Assembly (NCBI GenBank): GCA_002506535.1
Contig: DAXT01000001.1
Location: 24,165-88,164 of the forward strand
Length of the DNA: 64,000 nt
Direction: 5' to 3'
Source: Methanothrix harundinacea
Lineage (GTDB): Archaea > Halobacteriota > Methanosarcinia > Methanotrichales > Methanotrichaceae
In this document: positions 9,901 to 18,125 of the stretch, piece by piece
Layout of the letters: each line of letters starts with the position of its first letter
How positions within the stretch are numbered: position 1 is the stretch's first letter
Notes under the pieces: generated by a model
Seen by the model: the letters and a program-made list of their open reading frames with translations, nothing else
Database searches by the model: none
Told to the model about the DNA's origin: nothing
Position numbers and translations under genes: made by a program

Positions 9901-10888
9901 CTCCCTTAAGCCCTCCACCGCTAATCTTGGCGATGATAACCAGGCAATCGTCTTCTTTGTGGAGGCCGCCTGTCAACCTCGGCCCCTCCACAGTCATACT
10001 CAAGACGCCCATGATGGCGCCTACCGGCACCTCCAGGATACCCAACTTAACCTTAGAGTCGGAGGTAACGGCACTTTTGAGAGCCTCACCTACGTTGGAG
10101 CTGATCATCGGGTGTATAGATAGCTCATCTTTGCCTGGTGAGTCCATGCCTTGATAGGCCAGACCGTACGGATCTGTTTCATCCACCGTCAGGTAAAGGT
10201 CTACCAACCGCGCCAGCTCGTTTGACAAGACCGAAGATATCCCTTCCGCGCTGGATTTCAGCGTGTCATCCCCAGTAAGGTTGGAGAACTGAAGGATCGC
10301 GATCCGCGTGCGCGATTTGTAAGCCCAGCGAATCAAAATCAAAAGGGCCGAGATGGCGAAGACCTTCATCCAGAAATCCGGCATCAGGAGATCCATCCAC
10401 CATGGGGGAGAGTTCGTTATCGCGTCGCTGAGATTGCCGCTCGGGGCGATGGCAAGAGTCCCATTCAGCGTGCCGTTCAATGTCCCGCTGAGAGTTGCGT
10501 TGAAGGTGCTGTTTAAAGTGATATTTTGACCGCCATCATTTAGAGCGATTTGGATTATCTTAAGAATTGAGGCTACGCTAATCAGCAAAAGGATGGCTGG
10601 TCTCCAGCCGCTCGACAACCAGGAGAAGACGATCCCGCAGCCTTGGGAGACCCACCAGGCCAGATAACGGAACCTTATACTGAACCAGGCAGGAAAGATC
10701 AATGTTAGAAGGATGAAAAGCGCTTCGAAAAAAATTAGCGGTTGCATCAACGCAGGATTTACTGAATGGGGTATCACCCACTTTGCCAAGGCAAGGTAAA
10801 TCGGTATAATAAGAGGAAGCGTGAAAAGGAGATATCTAAACCGATAGGAGAAGAGGTACAAATCCCGCCTTATTTCGCAGAAATCCAT
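6947..10888 (-). CDS. Large membrane-anchored protein: about 5 TM helices, a sequon-rich loop, a TolB-N-like domain and a long TPR region
   Basis: 1313-aa uninterrupted ORF in a visibly AT-rich segment. The N-terminal roughly 190 aa are hydrophobic helices. The loop reads NITLNSTFNATLSGTLNGTLNGTL...GNLS. The motif RIAILQFSNLTGDD resembles the IAVLPFxNxSGD start of TolB-N-like domains in bacterial TPR/BTAD proteins. The remainder is TPR-like helical repeats (e.g. CYYNLGVVYFALEEYESA, FELGKVLIDVGKYSEAAKCLEYALKINP). Confidence 0.8.
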   Translation of the reverse strand: MDFCEIRRDLYLFSYRFRYLLFTLPLIIPIYLALAKWVIPHSVNPALMQPLIFFEALFILLTLIFPAWFSIRFRYLAWWVSQGCGIVFSWLSSGWRPAILLLISVASILKIIQIALNDGGQNITLNSTFNATLSGTLNGTLNGTLAIAPSGNLSDAITNSPPWWMDLLMPDFWMKVFAISALLILIRWAYKSRTRIAILQFSNLTGDDTLKSSAEGISSVLSNELARLVDLYLTVDETDPYGLAYQGMDSPGKDELSIHPMISSNVGEALKSAVTSDSKVKLGILEVPVGAIMGVLSMTVEGPRLTGGLHKEDDCLVIIAKISGGGLKGDWRVSSSEISEEIPKEGDRLSRMIRQLAYRIFTDLEREHIGTPRWRAVCHYTTGLRCYRDTLRTDRDKKPLLRQAERAFLLALGEDKEFLRCYYNLGVVYFALEEYESAYSVLSEAAEPKEPKDRLSNVYHAMAQNHLQIQEKMIGEKKKANKWEDVDYQFTLKLCDQAIKLQPDNVRAWNLKGFVKRRVKEQEVKGQLTTGKCQDYWRDEVVPFRGVATALAWREMCLCRLKGDEDVGHKKILLSASCTRNLAVALSYADLPAKNIMKIFLSLHISSYFGKLELCQSIHLTPNDADLYFELGKVLIDVGKYSEAAKCLEYALKINPKAVFWSYLAEAYSKQSLADSALYAYKRAVDNLSGINRETLERSKNVLDNLSNNKLDRDWYIVQVITRLYELYEVEYEIEGDSEDIRKLLKFMIKFDNDKHPPIKNLSRFMCGLEKVKFVKNYKCELGILISSPSNWGYALVFQKLRDIRGDKNKTSEMLNEAMLDFMKNETEDAYKIRLENLKSILSGWDWGYALALLKLADLESDSGKKVSKINEAVHHLEKDHPQETRKQGLHGKLAHALMSQTKPEYGRALYQAQRSVALDPRSSWDRGVLSEVYRGYQSFEEVNAQLKICLSIDPANLELLQKIAFSRPELGIGLRDIEKRQDALQKFVEILNRALELLQSDSIKREDESENSMKSRTWTHFWLGQAHYELGEFDNAIYNWTVAMNLTEKSDISSHLVAKYNLGSAYLANRSYNECEDLYTKLLRYVNDSHLPKLKEEKKDIYKDMTLQKMASLVEVGLELGFQKFSLGYMVSRSYLNMALSYAERDVYAERNEDFGYVLKIVEAAGNYIKELSMEDDSDKTDMKSRLYHCGGWILYKQAKLGDGSGIKKAIDSLEKAVCMRAEPEYYLHLALALEYELETYGEDERKTGKAEFQRTLNRAFACCDHVEDLDLKKRYTRQAKDVRRRLRRIEKSHQKAIEANGSKPGPDPAYV

Positions 10889-11205
10889 AAAGATCCTCTT
10901 ATTATTGCACGGTGAATTAATAGCAGATTTTTAGCCCATCTGAGAAGACTGAGATTGTCCCAGATCCTCCTTGCTGTGGTTTATTAATCGCTTTCTTGAA
11001 GATACCTTCTAGAGATTCCTACATTTTTAGATTAGATCTCTATACTTAGATGAGCAAATACTAATACTTAAATTTTTTCTAGCTAAATGCGGAAGTGATG
11101 AAATATTAGTTTATTAAAATTTAAAATAAAAAAAAAATACATCTACAAAAATGTGGCGGCGGTGAGCCAAGCGCATAATCCATCCGCCCACCAGCAATTT
11201 GTCCT

Positions 11206-11640
11206 TCAAATCTTCTGTATCTCGTCCTTCGTCGCGAGCTTGATCCCGGCGCCGGTGAGTACCTTCCTCGCCTTCTCGATGTTGTCGACCCGGATGATCA
11301 ATAGCGCCCGCTCGGCCTTCGTCGTGACGAAGGCGTAGGCGTAGTCGACGTTCACCTCGTTCTCCCCCAGGGCGTTGACGATCTCGTATAATCCCCCTGG
11401 GATATCCTTCATCTCGACGGCTAATACTTCAGTCTCGGAGACGGTGAAGCCGCTCTCGTGAAGGACCTTGTACCCCTTCTCCGGATCGTCGACGACCATC
11501 CGGATGACCCCGAAGTCTCCGGCCTCGGCGACGGTGAGGGCCCGGATGTTCACCCCGGCGTCGGATAGGGTCTTGGAGACCTTCGCCATCCTCCCGGGCC
11601 GGTTCTCTACGAACAACGATATCTGTTTGATTGCCACCAT
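11206..11640 (-). CDS. ACT domain-containing protein (tandem ACT)
   Basis: ATG at 11640 (MVAIKQISLFVENRPGRMAKVSKTLSDAGVNIRAL...). The track ORF extends to 12033, but its N-terminal 131 aa are Arg/Gly/Pro-rich read-through overlapping paaK. An ACT protein next to paaK is a common archaeal arrangement. Confidence 0.85.
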   Translation of the reverse strand: MVAIKQISLFVENRPGRMAKVSKTLSDAGVNIRALTVAEAGDFGVIRMVVDDPEKGYKVLHESGFTVSETEVLAVEMKDIPGGLYEIVNALGENEVNVDYAYAFVTTKAERALLIIRVDNIEKARKVLTGAGIKLATKDEIQKI

Positions 11641-11666
11641 TTTTTCCACCTCGTTTTTGTAGTCGT

Positions 11667-12995
11667 TCAGACCTTCCTCTTGTCGATCACCCTCACCGCC
11701 TTCCCCTCGGACCGGGGGATCGTCCCCGGCTCGACGAGCTCCACGTCGGCGACGACGTTCAAGACCCCTTTCATCTCCCTGGAGATCCTCCTGGAAAGGG
11801 CCATCAGGTCTCCTATCTTGTCGCTGAACCCCGTCTCCGTCACCTCCACCATCACCTTCATGATGTCCAGGGGACCCTTCCGGTCGACTATGATCTGGTA
11901 GTGGTCGCCGACCTCGGGGATCGTCATCAGGACCGACTCCACCTGGCTGGGGAAGACGTTGATTCCCCGGATGACGATCATGTCGTCTGTCCTTCCCAAA
12001 ATCCTCATCAGCCTCGGGTGGGTCCTTCCGCATGCGCAGGGCTCGGAGTTGATCTTAGTCAGGTCCCCGATCCTGTACCTGATGAGGGGTATCGCCCATT
12101 TGTTGAGGGTGGTGATCACCAGCTCGCCGGTCTCGCCGTCGGGGAGCTGCTCGCCGGTCTTGGGGTCGATCACCTCGATGAGGAATAGGTCGGACCAGAC
12201 GTGGATCCCGTTCTGCTCCCGGCACTCCGTGAAGAGGGGGCCGCTCATCTCGCTCGTACCGAAGATGTCGTAGGCCTTGATCCCCGTCGCCTCCTCGATC
12301 CTCCGCCGGGTCTCGTCGGACCACGGCTCAGCCCCGAAGACCCCGACCTTCAGGCTCGTGTCGTCCCGGATGGAGACGCCCATCCTCTCCGCCACCTCGG
12401 CGATGTGGAGGAAGTAGGAGGGGGTGCAGGCGATGGCGGTGCTCCCCAGGTCCTGCATCAGCATGATCTGTCGCTCGGTATTCCCCGTCCCGGTGGGAAG
12501 GACCGTCGCCCCGATCTTCTCCGCCCCGTAGTGGAGGCCCAGGCCGCCTGTGAACAGACCATAGCCGTACCCCACCTGGATGACGTCGCCGCGGCCGAGG
12601 CCTATGGAGGTGAGGGCCCTTGCCAGGGAATCCGACCACATCTCGATGTCGTCTTTGGTGTAGCCGACGACCGTCGGCTTTCCCGTGGTGCCGCTGGAGA
12701 CATGGTAGCGGACGATCCTGTTCCTGGGGAGGCTGAACATCCCCGTTGGATAGGTGTTCCGTAGATCGACCTTGTATGTGAAGGGCAGCTTCGCAAGGTC
12801 GCCGAGGACCTTTATATCCGATGGGACCACCCCGGCCTCTTTGAACCTCTCTTTATAGAAGGGGGAATGATCGTATACATAATGGACCATCGACTTCAGC
12901 CGATCCTCCTGGAGCTTGGCGAGGTCCTCTCTGGGCATGCGTTCGATCTGCGGATTCCAGTAATCAAACATGGCCATCAACCAGTCCATCCTCAC
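11667..12995 (-). CDS. paaK: Phenylacetate--CoA ligase (coenzyme F390 synthetase family)
   Basis: 442 aa. The N-terminus YWNPQIERMPREDLAKLQEDRLK, the AMP-binding SSGTTGKPT and the family-typical remainder are all present. The true start may be one of the ATGs at codons 7-9. Confidence 0.9.
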   Translation of the reverse strand: MRMDWLMAMFDYWNPQIERMPREDLAKLQEDRLKSMVHYVYDHSPFYKERFKEAGVVPSDIKVLGDLAKLPFTYKVDLRNTYPTGMFSLPRNRIVRYHVSSGTTGKPTVVGYTKDDIEMWSDSLARALTSIGLGRGDVIQVGYGYGLFTGGLGLHYGAEKIGATVLPTGTGNTERQIMLMQDLGSTAIACTPSYFLHIAEVAERMGVSIRDDTSLKVGVFGAEPWSDETRRRIEEATGIKAYDIFGTSEMSGPLFTECREQNGIHVWSDLFLIEVIDPKTGEQLPDGETGELVITTLNKWAIPLIRYRIGDLTKINSEPCACGRTHPRLMRILGRTDDMIVIRGINVFPSQVESVLMTIPEVGDHYQIIVDRKGPLDIMKVMVEVTETGFSDKIGDLMALSRRISREMKGVLNVVADVELVEPGTIPRSEGKAVRVIDKRKV

Positions 12996-13139
12996 TCCCT
13001 TGTACGATAAATATCAATCGATCGCCCCTTCGCGCCCTGGGGTGTATCTCGAGCCCCTTCGACCTTCCCGACGATCCCATCCGGGAAAGCCTTCGGAAAT
13101 CAGATATACGATCATGACCAAGGACTATCCGGTGTCGAA

Positions 13140-14237
13140 GTGACTTTGAGGGGAAAGATCTACCTTTGGGCCCTGCTGGCGACGCTCCTCCTGGCGGGCC
13201 AGTCGTGGTGTCAGATGGCGGAGTTCGAGAAGATCGGAGCCGGCGACGACGCCTCCGAGCCGGTGCTGGTCATAGGAACCTCCACCGAACCTCAGGGTCT
13301 ACTGCCTTCGGTGAAAAGGGTCCAGTTCAGAACAGAGACGGGATGGTCGAGCTGGCTCTCCCTGAAGGGGGTCAGGCTGACGACGGATCCCGCGGCGGTA
13401 TCGCCGGAGCCGGGGGTAGTCGACATCCTCACCGGAGGAAACGACAACGATCTCTGGCAGATCCGCCTCATCGGCCATGACAGCTGGTCAGACTGGATCA
13501 AGGTCTTCGGCCCCCCGCCCTACAACAAGAACCTAGGCGGGGTCCACTTCAGAAAGTACGAGCTGGCGGCGGTATCGACCGGCTCGTCCGGCAGCGACTA
13601 CCACCTCTTCACCTGGGGTCCTACAAACCACTGCCTATACAAAAGATGCTGGGGGTCTGATGGAAGGGTCGCCTGCGACCGGACCCTCGACTGGATACCG
13701 ATGGAGGGAGAGATCGGATCGAGGCCTGCCGCCGTCCTCTCCTCCGGGAAGATCCACCTATTCGCCCTCGACAGCTCCAGAAGGCTCGTCTGGAACAGCG
13801 CCGACCTCCCGGCGACTGGGTCGAGAGATGCCCCCTCCTGGGAGGGCTGGTCCCCGCTGCGGGGCGGCTTCGTCTCGCCTCCGGCAGCGGCCACCGACGC
13901 AGAGACGATCCACGTCTTCGCCCTGACGGAGGGGGGCGGCGTCGGGCACTTATCCATCGACCCAGAGAGCGGTGACTCCGCCTTCGAGACGATAGACCTG
14001 AGGATGGACTCCGCCCCCGCCGTCGTCATTGACGGGGATCGGATCGACCTCTTCGGAGTTCGGGGAGATGAACTGATCCACGTCCTCTACGACGGCGAAT
14101 CCTGGGTTAGAGGCGATAACCTGAAGGGGTCGATCTCCGGCCAGCCGACGGCCGTCTCTGATGGCCTGGGCCAGATCTGGATCTTCGCCCGGGGTCAGGG
14201 CGGATGGCTCTGGGGTATCCATTATGCACCCAGCTAA
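13140..14237 (+). CDS. Secreted beta-propeller repeat protein (PLL/tectonin- or DUF346-like blades)
   Basis: 365 aa with a GTG start and a signal-like N-terminus (LWALLATLLLAGQSWC). There are six to seven blade-like repeats of the form xPAAVxxxxxIHxFAxxxxGxL: AAVSPEPGVVDIL, AAVLSSGKIHLFAL, AAATDAETIHVFAL, APAVVIDGDRIDLFGV, PTAVSDGLGQIWIFAR. Confidence 0.55.
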   Translation: MTLRGKIYLWALLATLLLAGQSWCQMAEFEKIGAGDDASEPVLVIGTSTEPQGLLPSVKRVQFRTETGWSSWLSLKGVRLTTDPAAVSPEPGVVDILTGGNDNDLWQIRLIGHDSWSDWIKVFGPPPYNKNLGGVHFRKYELAAVSTGSSGSDYHLFTWGPTNHCLYKRCWGSDGRVACDRTLDWIPMEGEIGSRPAAVLSSGKIHLFALDSSRRLVWNSADLPATGSRDAPSWEGWSPLRGGFVSPPAAATDAETIHVFALTEGGGVGHLSIDPESGDSAFETIDLRMDSAPAVVIDGDRIDLFGVRGDELIHVLYDGESWVRGDNLKGSISGQPTAVSDGLGQIWIFARGQGGWLWGIHYAPS

Positions 14238-14346
14238 TAGGCCCAGGTGCTTCAAGAGGTCCATACCATCGAGGACAGGGCTGCGAAAGATTGCCTGAAT
14301 GATGCTAGAGATATTCCAAGGAGATGGGGGGCGAGGCGTTCCCCCA

Positions 14347-15780
14347 TCAGATCCCGTCGAGCGCCTCCTTGACGAGGCGGTTCGCCTCCCCTGGATCCGC
14401 TCTTCCCCGGGTCTTCTTCATAACGACGCCGACGATGAAGTTGATCGCCTTCTCGTTTCCGGCCCTGTAGTCTGCCACCGCCTGGGCTGACTCCTCCACG
14501 GCGGCCCTGACCGCCGCCTTTACGGCGTCGTCCTCGGCCCTGGCGAGTCCCTTCGCCTCTACGACCGCGACCGGATCCACCACCGACGGATCTCCTGAGT
14601 GGTCCAGGATCGTCCGGATCACCTCGACGGCCGCCTTCTCAGTGATCTTTCCCTTCTCGATCATATCGAGGATCTCGACCATCTGGTGGGAGCTGAACCT
14701 ATCGATGGTGACGTCACGGTAGTTCAGCTCCCCCTTGAGGACGTCGGCGATCCAGACGGCGGCGAGCCTCGGGGGCGCCCTCTTTGCCACCACCTCATAG
14801 AAGTTGGCGACCCTGATCTCGGAGGTGAGGGACCTAGCGTGGTCGTCGGCTATGGCGTACTGTGCGACGAACCTTTCCCTCTTGGCGTCGGGGAGCTCCG
14901 GAAGCTCTGCCTCTACCTTTGGCACCCAGTCGGCGATCCTCATGGGGACGAGGTCCGGCTCGGGGAAGTAGCGGTAGTCGTGGGCCTCCTCCTTAGTCCT
15001 GATGGATACGGTGATCCCCCGCAGCTCGTCGTAGTGGCGGGTCTCCTGGACCTGGGCGACCCCCCTCCTCCGGGCAGACCTCTGCCTGGTGATCTCGTAG
15101 GCGAGGGCCTTCTCGACCCCCTTGTGGCTCGATATGTTCTTCACCTCTGCCCTCTCGCCTCCGGTGAGGGATATATTCGAGTCAATTCTCATCGCCCCTT
15201 CGAGGTCTCCGTCGAAGACGTCCAGGTATTCCAAAATGTTCCGCAGTTTATCGAGGAAGGACCTCGCCTCCTTCGGGGACCGAAGGTCCGGCTCCGTCAC
15301 CACCTCGAGAAGGGACATGCCGCATCGGTTGTAGTCGACCATCGAGTACTTGGCCCGGTCGATGGTGCCGGCGTGGACGAGCCTTCCGGGGTCCTCCTCC
15401 ATGTGGACCCTGGTGATCCTGATCTTCTTCTCCTCGCCGTCCTCCCCCTTGATCAGGATGGATCCCCCGAGCCCCAGGGGGAAGTCGTACTGGGTTATCT
15501 GGAAGGCCTTGGGAAGGTCGGGGTAGTAGTAGTTCTTCCGGTAGAAGAGAGTCTCCCCCTGGATATCGCAGTTGAGGGCTAGAGCGACCCGGATGGCGTA
15601 CTCGACCGCCCTCCTGTTCACCACGGGAAGGGTTCCCGGAAGGCCAAGACAGACGGGACAGGTATGGGTGTTGGGGTCCGAGGCGTGATAGTCGGTGGAG
15701 CAGCCGCAGAAGAGTTTGGAGCGGAGGCGGTTCAGCTGGACGTGGACCTCCAGGCCTATGATGACGTCTTTTTCGGCCAT
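14347..15780 (-). CDS. gatB: Asp/Glu-tRNA amidotransferase subunit B
   Basis: 477 aa; IGLEVHVQL...KLFCGCS...CPVCLGLPGTLPV is the canonical GatB N-terminus. Confidence 0.95.
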   Translation of the reverse strand: MAEKDVIIGLEVHVQLNRLRSKLFCGCSTDYHASDPNTHTCPVCLGLPGTLPVVNRRAVEYAIRVALALNCDIQGETLFYRKNYYYPDLPKAFQITQYDFPLGLGGSILIKGEDGEEKKIRITRVHMEEDPGRLVHAGTIDRAKYSMVDYNRCGMSLLEVVTEPDLRSPKEARSFLDKLRNILEYLDVFDGDLEGAMRIDSNISLTGGERAEVKNISSHKGVEKALAYEITRQRSARRRGVAQVQETRHYDELRGITVSIRTKEEAHDYRYFPEPDLVPMRIADWVPKVEAELPELPDAKRERFVAQYAIADDHARSLTSEIRVANFYEVVAKRAPPRLAAVWIADVLKGELNYRDVTIDRFSSHQMVEILDMIEKGKITEKAAVEVIRTILDHSGDPSVVDPVAVVEAKGLARAEDDAVKAAVRAAVEESAQAVADYRAGNEKAINFIVGVVMKKTRGRADPGEANRLVKEALDGI

Positions 15781-15781
15781 C

Positions 15782-17239
15782 CTAGACCACCTCCTTCGGG
15801 ACCGCCTCGTGGTACGGAGTCGCGTCCTCGTAGGCTTTGGCGGCCCGGAGGATGGAGGCCTCGTCGAAGTGGCGGCCGATGATCTGCAGGCCTATGGGAA
15901 GGCCCCCGGCAAAGCCGCAGGGGACGGATATCGCCGGGACCCCGGCCAGGTTTATCGGGACGGTGAAGACGTCCGCCATATAGAGGGAGAGGGGGTCCTC
16001 GATCCTCTCGCCGATCTTGAAGGCGGGAAAGGGCATGGTGGGGGTGACGAGGAGGTCTGCTCCGCCTGCCGACAGCGCCCTCTCGAAGTCCTCTTTTATC
16101 AGAGTCCTCACCTTGAGGGCTTTTAGGTAGTACCGACCATAATAGCCGGCGGAGAGGGCGTAGGTCCCTAAAAGAATCCGCCTCTTCACCTCGGGGCCGA
16201 AGCCCGCCGCCCTGATCTCGGAGAAGGTAGTGTGCCAGTCCTGGTCGGCTCCAAGCCGCAGGCCGTACCGCAGACCGTCGAACCTCGCCAGGTTCGACGA
16301 CGCCTCGCTCATGGCGATGATGTAGTAGGCGGCGAGGGCGTACTTGGTATGGGGAAGGCTCACCATCTTCCAGGCAGCCCCCAGATCCTCCAGCTTCGAT
16401 ATGGCGTCCCAGACCGCCTTCTCCACCTCTGGGTCCACACCCTCCCCGAAGTACTCCTCGGGGACTCCCAGGGTGAGCCCCTTGACTCCATTTGTCAAGG
16501 ATGGCAAGTATCTTTCTGTATGGGGTAAGAATACTCTATCCTGTTCGGCGGAGGTCGAGTCCCGCGGGTCGTGGCCTGCGATGACGTCCAAGACCAGGGC
16601 CGCGTCCTCGACGGTCAGAGCGAGGGGGCCGATCTGCTCGAGGCTGTTGGCGTAGGAGACGAGGCCGTACCTCGATACGAGGCCGTAGGTCGGCTTTATG
16701 CCGACGATCCCGCAGAAGGAGGCGGGGCACCGGATGGAGCCGCCGGTGTCTGAACCCAGGGCCGCCGGGGCTTCGCCGGCGGCGACGGCCGCGGCTGACC
16801 CGCCGGAGGAGCCCCCAGGGACCCGGTCGGTGTCCCATGGATTTCTTGTGGGGCCCAAGCAGCTCGTCTCGGTGGAGGTCCCCATGGCGAACTCGTCCAT
16901 GTTCGTCTTCCCTATGATGATCGCCCCCTCCTCCTTCAGCCGCTCGATGACGTGAGCGTCGTATGGGGGGATGTAGCCCGAGAGGATCCGCGATGAGCAG
17001 TTCGTCTCGATCCCCTTAGTCGAGATGGAGCTCTTGATGGCTATGGGGACGCCGGCCAACAGCCCACCCCACGGCTTTTTATCGAAATTCTTCGCCCTTT
17101 CCAGGGCCGACTCCTCGGAGAGGCAGTTGTAGGCGTTCAGCCTGCTCCTCTTGATCTTCTCAAATATGGCCGAGACGACTTCCTCGGCCGAAGCCCCCGC
17201 CGCTAGCCCCTCCTTCAGCTCTCTCAACATGGCGATCAC
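15782..17239 (-). CDS. gatA: Asp/Glu-tRNA amidotransferase subunit A
   Basis: 485 aa; amidase signature GGSSGGSAAAVA and KPTYGLVSRYG. Confidence 0.95.
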   Translation of the reverse strand: MIAMLRELKEGLAAGASAEEVVSAIFEKIKRSRLNAYNCLSEESALERAKNFDKKPWGGLLAGVPIAIKSSISTKGIETNCSSRILSGYIPPYDAHVIERLKEEGAIIIGKTNMDEFAMGTSTETSCLGPTRNPWDTDRVPGGSSGGSAAAVAAGEAPAALGSDTGGSIRCPASFCGIVGIKPTYGLVSRYGLVSYANSLEQIGPLALTVEDAALVLDVIAGHDPRDSTSAEQDRVFLPHTERYLPSLTNGVKGLTLGVPEEYFGEGVDPEVEKAVWDAISKLEDLGAAWKMVSLPHTKYALAAYYIIAMSEASSNLARFDGLRYGLRLGADQDWHTTFSEIRAAGFGPEVKRRILLGTYALSAGYYGRYYLKALKVRTLIKEDFERALSAGGADLLVTPTMPFPAFKIGERIEDPLSLYMADVFTVPINLAGVPAISVPCGFAGGLPIGLQIIGRHFDEASILRAAKAYEDATPYHEAVPKEVV

Positions 17240-17517
17240 ACGATCCTGGGGCTCTTGAAGTAGCCGTTCTCCGTCCTGGGAGCGTTTCTAAGCGACTCCT
17301 CCTGGGAGATGGACTCTTTAACCACGTCCTCCCGGAAGACGTTGGTGAGGTCCACCACCCTGTAAGTGGGCTCCACATCCTCCGTCTCCAGCTCGTCGAG
17401 CTGATGGAAGTAGTCGAGGACCGAGTTGAAGGAAGCGACGAAGGCCGACCTCTCCTCCTCAGATACCTTTATGCTGGCAAGCCAGCTTATATGATCCACA
17501 TCTTCTCCTGTAATCAT
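17236..17517 (-). CDS. gatC: Asp/Glu-tRNA amidotransferase subunit C
   Basis: 93 aa. It overlaps gatA by 4 nt, and VDHISWLASIKVSEEE is GatC-like. Confidence 0.88.
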   Translation of the reverse strand: MITGEDVDHISWLASIKVSEEERSAFVASFNSVLDYFHQLDELETEDVEPTYRVVDLTNVFREDVVKESISQEESLRNAPRTENGYFKSPRIV

Positions 17518-17715
17518 CGCGATCCCACGCCTATCGACGAGGATGAAAATCCTGGGAGGCTATGAACCTTTTGCCGGAGGATGGGAAGAAAACAGGAAGG
17601 TTCGATGAGTTACGAATAGACGAAGAGAGACGGAGCGCAGACCGTCGGGGAAGAGACGGACTGATCGACGGAGAAGAGACGGGCCGATCAAGAATAAAAC
17701 AAAAAAGGGTCGTAG

Positions 17716-17789
17716 CGGACTCGCCGGGATTCGAACCCGGGACTGAGGCTCCGGAGGCCCCCGTGTTATCCAGACTATACTACGAGTCC
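17716..17789 (-). tRNA. tRNA-Arg (anticodon CCG)
   Basis: Hand-folded. 7-bp acceptor GGACUCG/CGAGUCC; anticodon stem GGGGC/GCCUC with loop CUCCGGA; T-arm CCGGG-UUCGAAU-CCCGG. The D-stem has one A.C mismatch. No encoded CCA. Confidence 0.8.
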
Positions 17790-17791
17790 AG

Positions 17792-18100
17792 CTAAGATTC
17801 CAGTACTATCTCGATGTTGACGTTCTTGGGAACCTGTATCCGCATCAGCTGGCGGAGGGCCCGCTCGTCGGCGTCCAGGTCGATCATCCGCTTGTGGACC
17901 CGCATCTCCCAGTGGTCCCAGGTGGCGGTCCCCTCCCCATCGGGGCTCTTTCTCGTGGGAACTACCATCTTCTTCGTCGGGAGCGGGATAGGTCCCGCCA
18001 TGTGCACGCCCGTCCTCTGGGCGATCCCCTTAACCTGGGTGCATATCTCGTCCAGGGAGCGGGGATCGGTCCCAGATAGCCGTATTCTTGCCTTCTGCAT
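17792..18100 (-). CDS. rps10: 30S ribosomal protein S10 (uS10)
   Basis: 102 aa; [21 protein letters not shown]...RLMRIQVP is typical archaeal S10. Confidence 0.95.
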   Translation of the reverse strand: MQKARIRLSGTDPRSLDEICTQVKGIAQRTGVHMAGPIPLPTKKMVVPTRKSPDGEGTATWDHWEMRVHKRMIDLDADERALRQLMRIQVPKNVNIEIVLES

Positions 18101-18125
18101 AACTCAAACACCAGATAAATTTGAG

